Part shown: positions 50,322 to 62,355 of the stretch, piece after piece
How the letters are laid out: each line of letters opens with the position of its first letter
How positions within the stretch are numbered: position 1 is the stretch's first letter
From: Octopus sinensis
Taxonomy: Eukaryota
DNA: 64,000 bases
Assembly (NCBI RefSeq): GCF_006345805.1
Contig: NC_043023.1
Span: 19,716,001 to 19,780,000 of the forward strand
Reading direction: 5' to 3'
The notes under the pieces: model-generated
Told to the model about the DNA's origin: nothing
Seen by the model: the letters and a program-made list of their open reading frames with translations, nothing else
Databases searched by the model: none
Position numbers and translations under genes: made by a program

Positions 50322-50840
50322 CTCCTTTCTACTAGAAGCAAAATTTGAGGGGAGGGAATGTGTCAATTACATTGACCCTAGTGTTTCATTGGTACTTAAT
50401 TTATTGACCCCGAAAAGATGAAAGGCAAAGTTGACCCTGGTGACATTTGAACTCAGAACATGAAGACAGACGAAATACTGCTAAGCATTTCGTGCAGTCT
50501 ACTAATGTTTCTGCCAACTCACTGCCTTCATTATATAATAATAATAATAATAATAATGGTTTAAAAGTTTGCCTGAAGAGCAGCAATTATAAAATCAAAG
50601 CATAAGGCTGGAGATTTATGGGACGAAGAGGTTGGGGCAGCCATCAGCAATCAAATGATGAAATCAACACCCAGACATCACTGGTACATTTTTATTTTAC
50701 CAACCCCATAAAGATGAAAAGCAAAGTCGACCCCAGTGGGGTTTGAACCTAGAACTCCAGCTGATTCATAGCCCTGGTTATTACCTCCAGCATCCAGTTA
50801 TTGCTTATAATCCCGAATTATTACCCAAAATCCCTAGCAA

Positions 50841-51481
50841 TTACCCACAATCCTCTGTGAAGAGTTCATCATTGTCATGGTCCAATGAATCGTCAATCAA
50901 GAATGACTGCAGCAAACACTCCATAATAGTGTCCGTTCTCTTGTTGTAGTCAATCTGGTCCCTGAGGATCAACAGCCTATCTTCAAGGGACAGCTTGTCT
51001 CTGACCTCAGGGACACTAAAGTCCCCAGGATAAGAAATAGGGCTAAGGGACAGCTTCACCTTTGATGCATGTGGTTCTACGGAGCCACAACCAAGCTCAA
51101 CATTGCAATCAAATGTATCCTTTCTCTTCAGAATTTTCCACTCCTCCACTTCCTTACCCTCATCAATACCAGCACTGCTGACACCCCTGGGGTAGAACTC
51201 AGAGTACCCGTCTCTCTCCTCTTGCCATGTGTCGTCCTCATACTGCAGATCACCTCCCACCACCGACTGCATTAAGAAAGACTCAAACCCATCACTCTTC
51301 GTACGTTCGGCACCAATTGAAGCCTTTACAGTTTCAGCCAATTGGTGGTGGTCGTCATGGGTGGAATCCCAGCTTGAGGGCTTATCTTGGTGTAGAGATT
51401 TACTAGCAGACAGAGTCTCCCGTAGTTCTTTGTTGCGGATGTCAATGGATCGATAAAATGTAGATTCCAGGTTGCAGCTCT
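50841..51481 (-). CDS. MCM3AP: GANP/MCM3AP-like terminal coding exon (ESCNLESTFY...LEDRLLILRDQIDYNKRTDTIMECLLQSFL...TEDCG*)
   Basis: TGTCCACAG acceptor, phase 1 match, TAA at 50841-50843; the end resembles the GANP C-terminal helix. Confidence 0.8.
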
Positions 51482-51597
51482 CTGTGGACAGAAATAAGAA
51501 AAATGATGATGATGACGATGATGATGATAATAATAATAATCCTTACTACTAAAGACACAAGGCCTGAAATTTTGTGGTAGGGGACTAGTCGATTACA

Positions 51598-52141
51598 CTG
51601 CACGCTGGTGAGACCCATATTGGAATACGGAATTCAAGCCTCTTCTCCTTATCTCCTCAAAGACATACAGCATCTCGAAAGAGTCCAGAAGCTGGCTACC
51701 TGCATGGTTCTTGGTCTCAAGCATTTGTCTTATGAAGAAAGGCTGAAGACGCTCGACCTTTATTCTCTAGAAGAACGATGATGCCGTGGTGATCTCATTC
51801 TTGCTCACAACATCATAAGCGGAAAGTGTAACCTCTCGAAAGAGCTGTTCTTCACTCCTGCTCCAAGAGCATCGGCTGCGGGGTCATTTCGAAAAGCTCT
51901 ATCTGCGACGATTTCATCTCAATCGAAGGAGAGGGGGCTTTCTCCGTCCGAGTTGCGGATCCATGGAATAAGCTGCCGGATGAGATGGTGGAGATGCTGA
52001 TGACCGCTCGGTTCAAAGTCTCCCTTGACCACAAGTGGCCAGAACTCTTTACATGAACACCACCCTGTACATAACTCCATGTCCCCCTACATGGCCTTGC
52101 TATTTACTTTTGAGCCAAAATTAACTAACTAACTAACTAAC
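51598..52141 (+). mobile_element. CR1-clade LINE 3' fragment
   Basis: LVRPILEYG..SPY..KDIQHLERVQKLAT..YEERLKTLDLYSLE..RGDLI..FSVRVADPWNKLP; (TAAC)n tail. Confidence 0.85.
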
Positions 52142-52480
52142 ATCGATCTCGAAAGGATGAAAGACAAAGTCAACCTCAGCAGAATTTGAACTCAGAATGT
52201 TGCGATGGACAAAATACCGCTAAGCATTTCGTTCGTTAATGCTAACGATGTTGCCAGCTCATTACCTAATAATAATAATATTTTCAAATTTTACTACAAG
52301 GGCTGCTTGTGGAAGGTGGAGATGAGTTGATTATATCGATCCCAGTTCTTGACTGGTCCTTTATTTTATCGACCCTGAAAGGGTGAAAGACACAGTCAAC
52401 CATTGCAGGATTTGAAATCAGAACACAAAGAGCTGAAAGAACAATTCTGACAAATCACCATCACCCATGACCAAACAACA

Positions 52481-52907
52481 ACAACAACTCTAGCCACTAA
52501 TACTTACTACTATACTAAACATTAGATAATGTAGTCCTAGATACACTATGTCTGACTCAAAGATGGGATGGTCACAGCTGGAACGTCTTTGATTAACAAT
52601 AACAATTATAGCCACTGGTACTAACTACCATAATATACATTAAATAATGTAGCCCTAGATACATTATACCTGATTAAAAGATGGAATGGTCACATGTGGA
52701 ACGTCTTTGATCATAGGTCTGTCTGGATCAGGACTGACCTGGGGCTAAGCAACACAACTATAGCCACTAATACTAAGTACTATACTAAACATTAGATAAT
52801 GTAGTCCTAGATACACTATGCCTGAATAAAAGATGGGATGGTCACAGCTGGAACATCTTTGACGAAATATCTGACTGGATCAGGATTAACCTGGGGTTAA
52901 ACAACAG
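52481..52907. repeat. About three copies of the dispersed 150-nt unit
   Basis: Same unit and orientation as 14774-15086. Confidence 0.8.
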
Positions 52908-52943
52908 CTATGGTCTACCCCTCCCCTCAAACCAGATACTTAC

Positions 52944-53049
52944 CTCTCATATTTTTCTCCACAATGGCTGCTTCACTCCAAGACTGTGGAGGTTGGTAGG
53001 AGTGGAGTTTCTCTTTCTCATACAGAACACACAGCTCGGTGGCCCTCAC
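52944..53049 (-). CDS. MCM3AP: GANP-like exon (VRATELCVLYEKEKLHSYQPPQSWSEAAIVEKNMR)
   Basis: TTGCTAG acceptor, GAG|GTAAGT donor, phase 0/1; resembles human [23 protein letters not shown] as recalled. Confidence 0.82.
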
Positions 53050-53189
53050 CTAGCAATGGAACGGCAACAATGATAATATGAATACAGAGATACAACACAG
53101 ATATGTACACATGCATTTTTATGTGTAATTACACACACACACACATATATATACAAATATGTGTAAATATAAACACACTGTCTTCTTCT

Positions 53190-53430
53190 TGCCAGGGAGT
53201 CTACCAGGGCCTCACTCTCATTTGACACAGCAGCTACAGGCTGGAAGGGGCCCCATGGCAAGCCCTGCACCAAATGGCTGAACATGATAAACGATGATCT
53301 CCAGAGGTTTGATATAATCTTGGGTGATGCAGAGGCACTGGTACAGGTTTGCCAGGGATGGGAAGCATCATTGGACCAGGTCAGCTCTATGCACGATGAC
53401 CTCCCTAAGACCATTAACCTGAGATGACTC
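53190..53430 (+). mobile_element. Old RTE-type LINE C-terminal fragment
   Basis: GWKGPHGKPCTKWLNMINDDL..DAEALVQ..W. Confidence 0.5.
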
Positions 53431-53842
53431 CAGCCCTACCAAGCAAAACCTGAAGCAAAGTGGATGCATTCATATATATTATGTTGCTCACATTTCTTTC
53501 ATTGCAACCAAAAGGATTTTAGCTCCGGGAAGATAAATGGAGAAAGCCTATTCTCTACTTTATTCAATCAATCAATTATGGCATCAGACTAGGGAACTGT
53601 GCTTCTTCAACCTTATTAGAAATATGTGTAAACTAGCACGAATACTATACATTAATTTCTTGCCATTTCTGTTACACACAGAGAAGCAGGAGCTGGAAAG
53701 TTCTTCACTTTAGGGGTTTCATGAAAGGCCTAGTCGAGTTCTTTTACAGGACTTAGAAAAACCAAGAGACCACAGCAATAAGCGTGCGAATCTGAGCAGG
53801 GAATATGTTGAATAAATTTAAAACTCAGTTCTATACTTGAGA

Positions 53843-54744
53843 GATGAGGAATTATGTACATTGTTTACATTTGATGGATATTTCTCCTCATCTTCTTTGT
53901 TGTTAACACGTTTCAGCTGATGTACTCTCCAGCTTTCATCAGGTGTCCCGGGGGAATTTCAAACTTGGATTCTCATCCCTAAGGTAATTTTCCGATGTTA
54001 TTGTTATTATTATTATTCAGGTCGCTGCCTGGAATCAAACTCAGAATCTTTGGGTTTGTAGCCCACGTTCTTAACCACTATGTCATATGCCTGTGGACAA
54101 TTATGGAGTAAATTTTAGGGTTTATAAATCTAAAGTTTTCTTAATCTTCCGTAATACTGGTTCCCATATGCTAATCACATATACACTAGGTTTGCTTAGG
54201 AGGTTATTATGTCCTAGCATGTGTGCTGCCTCTTTTAGCTTTCGTATTTTCCAGTGGTGTTCTCTGTCTCCCAGGGGGAGGTTTTTCCATACAAGATCAG
54301 CTCTACCCGCTTTATCAATATCTCCTTGTGTCACAGCTTTGCAATGTTCTTCTACCCTTATTTTGAGGGGGGGGCATGTCTCACCTTTGTATAACCTTCC
54401 AACAGCTGCATGGGATGGAGTACATGCAGTCTTTGGTCATATTCTCTTCTATTGGTGGTTTTACTCGAAGGAGATATTTGTGAAGTGTTACTCCTGAATA
54501 CTTTCGTGATATCATATGGGCCACATATCTTTTGTATCTTTTTGGAGAGGCCTTTCATTGAGTTTGATTCCAGGCAGTGACCTGAATAACAACAACACCA
54601 GAAAAATACCTTAGGAATGAGAATCCAGGTTCGAAATTCTACCAGGAAACCTGATGAAGACTGGAAAGAACATCAGCCGAAACATTGTGTTAGCAACAAA
54701 CAAGATGAGGACAAATATTCGTCAAATGTAAATAATGTAAATTT
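53843..54744 (-). mobile_element. Penelope-like element remnant: GIY-YIG region flanked by inverted terminal repeats
   Basis: GLSKKIQKIC..FRS..KDCMYSIPCSC..PLKIRVEEH..ADLVWK..REHHWKIRKLKEAAHM with frameshift and stop; repeats at 53843-54086 (minus) and 54559-54744 (plus). Confidence 0.8.
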
Positions 54745-54914
54745 ATAACTGATCTGCCTCTCTATTTTCTTTTATCCACAGCCAGGAACTTTTCAGCATT
54801 CACCTCATAGAAATATATACAAACATCATCAGTTGTGCATACTCCCTATATGATGCCAAGTGTTAAAGAACACCAACTAGTCAAAGACCTGGCAAGAAAA
54901 TTCACCTTATATGC

Positions 54915-55250
54915 CAAGAACAACATCATAAGCAGAAAGTGTAACCTTTCGAAAGAGCTGTTCTGCACTCCTGCTCCAGAGCGTGGGCTGCAGGGGTCAC
55001 TCTAGAAAGCTCTATCTACGACGATTTCATCTCAATCAAAGGAGAGGGGCTTTCTCCGTCCGAGTTGCGGATCCGTGGAATAAGCTGCCGGATGAGATAG
55101 TGAAGATGTCAATGACCGCTTGGTTCAAAGTCTCTCTTGACCAGAAATGGCCTGAACTCTTTGTATGAACACCCTCCCTGTACATAACTCCATGTCCCCC
55201 TACATGGCCTTGCTTTTTGCTTTTTGAGCCAAAAACTTAAATTAAATTAA
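54915..55250 (+). mobile_element. CR1-clade LINE 3' fragment, second copy
   Basis: High similarity to 51808-52141. Confidence 0.8.
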
Positions 55251-55645
55251 AGAACAATAGATACCAATATTTCCCCATTGCCATGGCTTTTCATTGAAAT
55301 GAAATGAATTGCTGGTTTATGACTTATACAAAAATGCAATGAAGTTTATTTGTTGATGTGCTGAAGCATAGCACAGGTGAAAGTTAAATTACGAATTAAA
55401 AGTAGATGAAATATTAATGTCTAGCATTCTTGGCATCTGAAGCGAGCTTGGTCTCTGACAATTCAATGTTCTTTAACACTCAGGGTCATGTAGGAAGTTT
55501 TCCTTGAATACAAGATTTAAATTTCATTTAAATCTCAGTGATGATTTTACTTTATATCAATATTGTTAAATTTTATTGGATTATTTAATGTTAAGATACA
55601 TATATTTATTGTTTAATTATAAAATCTTCATTTATTTTATATTTT

Positions 55646-55742
55646 TTGACTTGACGAGTGGCTATATATTTTTAAATTGAATTAATATTAACTTTTTAAT
55701 ATTATCGATTTAAATATATGGTCACGAAACGCACGTAGTCGA
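55646..55742 (+). ncRNA. Type I hammerhead ribozyme-like fold (C3U core variant)
   Basis: Stem I UUGAC/GUCGA, core UUGACGA, about 30-bp stem II closed by G-C, GAAA, minimal stem III ACG/CGU, GUA cleavage triplet. Confidence 0.7.
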
Positions 55743-56061
55743 TATAATGTTTATTTTTGTTTTATGATTTTTAGAATAACATTTATAATATATTTAACTA
55801 CTTTCCATATGGTTTTGTATAGATAATATCGTTCAGTATTGTTTGAATTGCTAAGTAGAGGTTTATATATATATATATATATATACACACACATACATAT
55901 GTGTATATATATTTATGTATGTGTGTCTGTATTTGTCCTTGCCTCACTGCTTGACAACCAGTGTTTGTGTGTTTACATCCCCGTAACATAGCAGTTCAAT
56001 AAAAGACTGACAGAATAAGTACTAGGCTTTAAAAAAATAAATAAGTCCTGGTGTTGATTTC

Positions 56062-56320
56062 ATCATCATCATCATCATCGTTTAACGTCCGTTCTCCATG
56101 CTAGCATGGGTTGGACGGTTCGACCGGGGTTCTGGGGAGCCAGAAGGCTGCACCAGGCTCCAGTCTAATCTGGCAATGTTTCTACAGCTGGATGCCCTTC
56201 CTAACGCCAACCACTCCGTGAGTGTAGTGGGTGCTTTTTACGTGCCACCTGCACTAAAAGTCTTCAAGGTGGTGCTCCGGCATGGTCGCAGTCAAATGAC
56301 TGAAACAAATGAAAGAATGC
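56062..56320. mobile_element. RTE tail (minus) joined to a SINE tail fragment
   Basis: Family motifs present. Confidence 0.7.
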
Positions 56321-56364
56321 GTTCCCCCATCACTACCCCTTGATAAACCAAGACCACCACTCAC

Positions 56365-56542
56365 CGTATCGGTTGACTTTGGATCAAGACAAGAGACTGT
56401 GGTCAGGCAGTGATTGACACAATCCAAAATTATGTCCACCCACGGCATGTTGACATAGGTAGGTGTACAGTTGGACACACCATACTTGAGACGGCACACT
56501 TCGTCAAACTGCTTCTCCACTTGGTGTATATGGTGGCGCACC
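56365..56542 (-). CDS. MCM3AP: GANP-like exon (VRHHIHQVEKQF...NMPWVDIILDCVNHCLTTVSCLDPKSTDT)
   Basis: TCTTCCACCAG acceptor, GTGAGT donor, phase 2/0; PWVDIILDCVNH resembles human IPWDDLIALCINH as recalled. Confidence 0.85.
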
Positions 56543-56809
56543 CTGGTGGAAGAGAAAAAGACCATGAATGTGACTGAGGGTAGACATGGAGTTGTATGTG
56601 TCAATGGATCTATTGCATTTCAATTGAATCCACAACAAATCAACAGGAGATCTCCTGACAACAATAAGCTTTATATAATCAAAATATCTTTGGCCTGGAG
56701 AGTACCCAGGTTTACCCCTTGTTTAGATAATTATTACTTCCAAAGTTCCCACTAGCTATGAAACATGTGTGACTTGGATTTTTTTTACTCCATTCCCTAA
56801 TTTTGGATG

Positions 56810-57612
56810 TGGTGTGCAAGAGAGACGACTGCATTGGTATGGTCATGTGGTGAGAATGGATGAGGACAGCTGTGTGAAAAAGTGCCACACCCTAGCCGTT
56901 GAGGGAACCTGTGAAAGAGGTAGACCCAGGAAGATCTGGGATGAAGTGGTGAATCACGACCTTCGAACATTAGGCTTCACCAAGGAAATGACTAGCGACC
57001 GAGACCTTTGGAAATATGCTGCACTCGAGAAGACCCGGCAAGCCAGATGAAACCATAACCCGTGGCCTATGCCAGGAGCATAGCCAACCCACTTATGCGT
57101 AGCTTTTCTTTCTTTGGTCACTAAACTTTGCTTGCGAAGACCTGTTGAGGCAAGTGAAATCAAAATCAAAATCATTTCAATGACTGGCATCCGTGCTAGC
57201 GGGGTGCAAAGAGCACCATACGAGTGTGATTGTTGACAGAGCAGCTATTCGAGTATGATCGTTACCAGCGTCGCCTTACTGGCACTTATGCCTGTGCTAG
57301 TAGGGTGCCAAGAACACCATCCGAGCGTGATCGTTGCCAGAATAGCCAACTGGCTTCCGTACCCGTGGCACGTAAAAGGGCATCATTTGAGCATTATCGT
57401 TACCAATGTCGCTTCACTGGCCCCCGTGCCGGTGGCACGTAAAAAGCACCCACTACACTCTCGGAGTGGTTGGCGTTAGGAAGGGCATCCAGCTGTAGAA
57501 ACTCTGCCAGATCAAGACTGGAGCCTGGTGCAGCCGTCTGGTTGCCAGCCCTCAGTCAAAACCATCCAACCCATGCTAGCATGGAAAGCGGACGTTAAAC
57601 GATGATGATGAT
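56810..57612 (+). mobile_element. 5'-truncated RTE-clade LINE
   Basis: RRLHWYGHVVRMDEDSCVKKC..RGRPRKIWDEVV..DRDLWKYA, then 3' UTR and (GAT)n. Confidence 0.88.
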
Positions 57613-57679
57613 TCGCATTTCAAGCAACCCCAACTTCTAATCGTATATTATAAAATAACCTTAGCATGAAGTGGTGTTT

Positions 57680-58096
57680 AGGTATGAGCAGAATTTAGGC
57701 CAGTTTGAAATATGTTTGCGACATGCAGTTACCATGGAGAATAAATTTCTCTTATGGTAGAAAGGTGTGAAAACACTGGTTTGTTCAGTGTCGCCCTCTT
57801 TCAGAAATCTCAGACATATTTGCTCTCATCACTGCACCTAAGATTATACATAAAGCTATAGCTAAGTTCTTTCAGAGTTCTCTCTTAGGTACATTTCATT
57901 GACAAGAACCAAAATGGCTCAAAACATTGATGTCTGAGATTCCTAATAGAGGGCATCACTGAATGAACCAGTGTTTTCACACCCTTTTTACCACAAGAGA
58001 GATTTATTCTCCATAGTAACTGCAAGGTGTTTGCCTTTTAGAAGTTGAAATATGTCGCAAACATATTTCAAACTGGCCTCAATTCTGCCCAAACCT
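57680..58096. mobile_element. Foldback/MITE-like long inverted repeat
   Basis: Arms 57680-57817 and 57930-58096 (right arm has a 26-nt insertion); spacer about 110 nt. Confidence 0.8.
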
Positions 58097-58261
58097 TTTC
58101 CAGTTTCTTGTTCTTCAATATGGAAAAAATTCATTCATAAACTTCTGCACCGATAAACCCCTATTGTTCCTGAAAGTTGATTTTTATACAGATTGCTTCA
58201 AGCTCACTAACTTGTACCTGGATCCTTGCATTTATATATATATATATATAAAATAATGAAG

Positions 58262-58660
58262 GCGCAGGAGTGGCTGTGTGGTAAGTAGCTTGCTTACCAA
58301 CCACATAGTTCCGGGTTCAGTCCCACTGTGTGGCACCTTGGGCAAGTGTCTTCAATCTATAGCCTCGGGCCCACCAAAGCCTTGTGAGTGGATTTGGTAG
58401 ACGGAAACTGAAAGAAGACCGTCGTATATATGTATATATATATATGTATGAGTGTGTGTATGTTTGTGTGTCTGTGTTTGTCCCACTAGCATTGCTTGTG
58501 TGTTTATGTCCCCGTAACTTAGCGGTTTGGCAAAAGAGACCGATAGAATAAGTACTGGGCTTACAAAAGAAAAAGTCCTGGGGTCGAGTTGCTCGATTAA
58601 AAAAGGCGGTGCTCCAGCATGGCCGCAGTCAAATGACTGAAACAAGTAAAAGAGTAAAGA
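58262..58660 (+). mobile_element. Bipartite tRNA SINE
   Basis: Family motifs present. Confidence 0.78.
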
Positions 58661-58662
58661 GA

Positions 58663-58850
58663 GTTGAACGATATGTTATTAAAATTCTTTTACTTTCGAC
58701 ATTTGTTTCGACGACAACATTGGTTTTATTCCAAAGGCATAAACAGTGTAAGATTGCATTTTACACCGTTTATTCCTTTGGAATAAAACCAATGTTGTCT
58801 TCGAAACATATGTCGAATATAAAAGAATTCAAATAACATCTGCATTCAAC
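58663..58850. repeat. Near-perfect palindrome (arms about 85 bp, 5-9-nt loop)
   Basis: ATTCTTTTACTTTCGACATTTGTTTCGACGACAACATTGGTTTTATTCCAAAGG pairs with its downstream inverse. Confidence 0.88.
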
Positions 58851-58977
58851 TCCATTTATTTACTTATACTACACAAATTACTACACATTAACCCGGAGTT
58901 CCTACCTTTGAATAGGTTGCTTCATCTGTGTTATTTGCGTGAATTTTGCTACCCTGGTAACTGTTTAATGAATTTTC

Positions 58978-59300
58978 CATCATCATCATCATTGTTTAGC
59001 GTCCGCTTTCCATGCTAGCATGGGTTGGATGGTTCAACTGGGGTCTGGGAAGCCAGAAGGCTGCACCAGGCCCAGTCTGATCCAGCAGTGTTTCTACAGC
59101 TGGATGCCCTTCTTAACGCCAACCACTCCGTGAGTGTAGTGGGTGCTTTTTACGTGCCACCGGCACGGGAGCCAGTCGAGGCGGCACTGGCATTGGCCAC
59201 GATTTGGATAGTGCTTTTTACGTAACACCAGTCCAGGGGTCCTGGCATCTGCTGGGTGCCAGTCATAGGATTGGTTCAATTTCGATTCCGATTTCGATTT
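58978..59300 (-). mobile_element. RTE 3' tail
   Basis: Family motifs present. Confidence 0.72.
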
Positions 59301-59466
59301 AGAACTGTTCTATGTATTTAAAGACATTTAAGATAGAGGTTTTAGAGACTGGATTTTCATCCGGTTGCGCACAGGACACCCAGATCAGCATGGTCAAGTT
59401 TCAACAAGCAAAATGGTGACACAACAACAGCAACAACAACAAGATCAACATGTCTGTTGCCCTTAC

Positions 59467-59665
59467 CTTGACACAAGATCCACTGCAGATTTTCCAGATC
59501 TTTCCAAAGTCACAGAACGGATGTAACTCCAAACATCTTGCTCAGCCTGGGACCATTTCTCACTGGTGTCATCACCGAAGGCGAATGGAGGAAGTGTGAG
59601 GGACCGTAAAGTGTCCCTTACAAACAGGAGATGTTCTGGAGAGTTCCAGTGAATAGGGGGCAGAT
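59467..59665 (-). CDS. MCM3AP: GANP-like exon (DLPPIHWNSPEHLLFVRDTLRSLTLP...AVDLVSR)
   Basis: CCCCTTCAG acceptor, AAG|GTAAGG donor, phase 1/2; LPPIHWNSPEHL resembles human LPHLHWNAPEHL as recalled. Confidence 0.9.
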
Positions 59666-59747
59666 CTGAAGGGGAGGGAGAAATAGGAGAAAAGGAAAGG
59701 AAAAAAATTAAAACAGAAGTTTAAATGATAGTCATACATGATATTGA

Positions 59748-59796
<49 letters not shown>

Positions 59797-59819
59797 GTGG
59801 TTTCAAATTTTACCACAAA

Positions 59820-60672
59820 TTTAGCAATTTTAAGAGGGAGGGAATAAGTGAATTCCGTTGACCCCAGTGTTTCACTGGTACTTCAATTATTGACCCCAAA
59901 AGGATGAAAGACAAAGTCAACCTTGACAGAATTTGAACTCAGAATGTAGCAACAGACGAAATACCACCAAACATTTTGCCCAGCATGCAAACAATTCTGC
60001 CAACTCACCACCTTAATAATAGTAATAATCCTTTCTATTATAGGCATAAAGCCTGAAATTTTGCGGCAGGTGGGGATTAATCAATTAGAACGACCCCAGT
60101 GCGCAACTGGTACTTAATTTATTGAGGCAAAGTCGACCTCAGTGGAATCTGAACTCAAATCAGAGCGAAAGGTGAAATACTGTTAACCCGACAAATGAAG
60201 TGAGTGCATGGCTCGCAGGACGGCCTGCTATGCTAACCTTGGATCGTAGAGTGACCTGCTGTTCTTGAGAAGACCTGTTGAATCAAGTTCGTCAACATCA
60301 AAATTCGAATGGCAATTGTAGCTAAGACACCCGTGCTGGTGACACGAAAAAGCACCGTTCGAGCGTGGCAGTTACTAGTGTCGCCTGACTGGCGTCTGTG
60401 TTGGTGACACGTAAAAGCACCAACCGATCGTGGCCGTTTGCCAGCCTGCTCTGGCTCCTGTGCCGTTGGCACATAAAAAACACCCACTGCACTCACGGAG
60501 TGGTTGGCGTTAGGAAGGGCATCCAACTGTAGAAACACTGCCAAATCAGACTGGAGCTTGGTGCAGCCTCCATGGCTTACCAGACCCCGGTCGAACCGTC
60601 CAACCCATGCTAGCATGGAAAACGGACGTTAAATGATGATGATGATGATGATTCTGCCAGCTCGCTGCCTTA
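59820..60672. mobile_element. Nin-core SINE fragments (minus) with an inserted RTE 3' UTR (60190-60653, plus)
   Basis: Family motifs present; the SINE resumes after (GAT)n. Confidence 0.7.
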
Positions 60673-60874
60673 GTAATAATATTAAGAGCACTGAGAGAGC
60701 AGAAACCTCCACCAAGGCAACACCAACATCAATACCAACGATTAACCAGAGATGATTTTTAAAATGAGAACAGCTGAAATAAATTCAACATCTCTCGCAA
60801 ACGAGAATACTAAAAATGAATCTGACCACTCTCAACAATTCAGTAAAAAAGAAATGGAAAAATAATCCAGATCG

Positions 60875-61290
60875 GCGCAGGAGTGGCTGTGTGGTAAGTA
60901 GCTTGTTTACCGACCACATGGTTCTGGATTCAGTCCCACTGCGTGGCATCTTGGGCAAGTGTCTTCTACTATAGCCTCGGGCCGACCAATGCCTTGTGAG
61001 TGGATTTGGTAGACGGAAAACTGAAAGAAGCCCGTCGTATATATGTATATATATATGTGTGTGTGTGTCTGTGTGTTTGTGTGTCTGTGTTTGTCCACCT
61101 AGCATTGCTTGACAACCGATGCTGGTGTGTTTATGTCCCCGTAACTTAGCAGTTCGGCAAAAAGAGACCAATAGAATAAGTACTGGGCTTACAAAAGAAT
61201 AAGTCCCTGGGTCGAGTTGCTCGACTAAAGGCGGTGCTCCAGCATGGCCGCAGTCAAATGACTGAAAACAAGGAAAAGAGAAAAGAGAAA
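60875..61290 (+). mobile_element. Bipartite tRNA SINE
   Basis: Family motifs present. Confidence 0.78.
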
Positions 61291-61603
61291 GATCCCTTGT
61301 CCGGTACCTGATCGATCCCAGTGGTGGTCATGGAATGTGAAGGTGGCTGTAGAAAATTCAGTAACAGTAATAAACAGTTTATCCTTATCTAAAAGAAGCC
61401 AAACTTAACAAATTCCGCATTCAAAATAGTTTCAAAGGCAGAAGTAATAATAATAATAATTTCTACTCAGGAACTTTTAGACAAATAGCGTGAGATATTT
61501 TGCTTTTCTCTTCTCTGAAATTCCAGCCTTCCTTTAGGACCTCTGTTGTTTTAGATTGATGTGTAGATGTAAGTAAACTATAAAGTGTTAATAGGTATGT
61601 ATT

Positions 61604-62137
61604 TGGAAGCACTCCGTCGGTTACAACGACGAGGGTTCCGGTTGATCCGATCAACGGAACAGCCTGCTCGTGAAATTAACGTGTAAGTGGCTGAGCACTC
61701 CACAGACACGTGTACCCTTAACGTAGTTCACGGGGATATTCAGCGTGAAACAGAGAGTGACAAGGCCGGCCCTTTGAAATACAGGTACAACAGAAACAGG
61801 AAGTAAGAGTGAGAGAAAGTTGTGGTGAAAGAGTACAGCAGGGATCACCACCATCCCCTGCCGGAGGTTCCGGTTGATCCGATCAACGGAACAGCCTGCT
61901 CGTGAAATTAACGTGTAAGTGACTGAGCACTCCACAGACACGTGTACCCTTAACGTAGTTCACGGGGATATTCAGCGTGAAACAGAGAGTGACAAGGCCG
62001 GCCCTTTGAAATACAGGTACAACAGAAACAGGAAGTAAGAGTGAGAGAAAGTTGTGGTGAAAGAGTACAGCAGGGATCACCACCATCCCCTGCCGGAGCC
62101 TCGTGGAGCTTTTAGGTGTTTTCGCTCAATAAACACT
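61604..62137 (-). mobile_element. OR-type SINE with an internal duplication of about 238 nt; head missing
   Basis: GGTTCCGGTTGATCCGATCAACGG..GGATCACCACCATCCCCTG occurs twice. Confidence 0.75.
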
Positions 62138-62355
62138 CCCCGTTACTTAGCAGTTCAGCAAAAGAGACCGATAGAATAAGTACTGGGCTTACAAAAGAAT
62201 AAGTCCCGGGGTTGAGTTGCTCGATTAAAGGCGGTGCTCCAGCATGGCTGCAGTCAAATGACTGAAATAAGAGTACATACATTCACACACACACACTCCC
62301 TCAAACATATATATAAAAGACATTATGACACAGGTTGTGTGCCATCAAAACTCAC

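Noticed and set aside
54022-54090. tRNA-Sec-like GGCTACAAACC loop
   Set aside because: The anticodon is not TCA, the acceptor stem is incomplete, and it is embedded in the Penelope terminal repeat.
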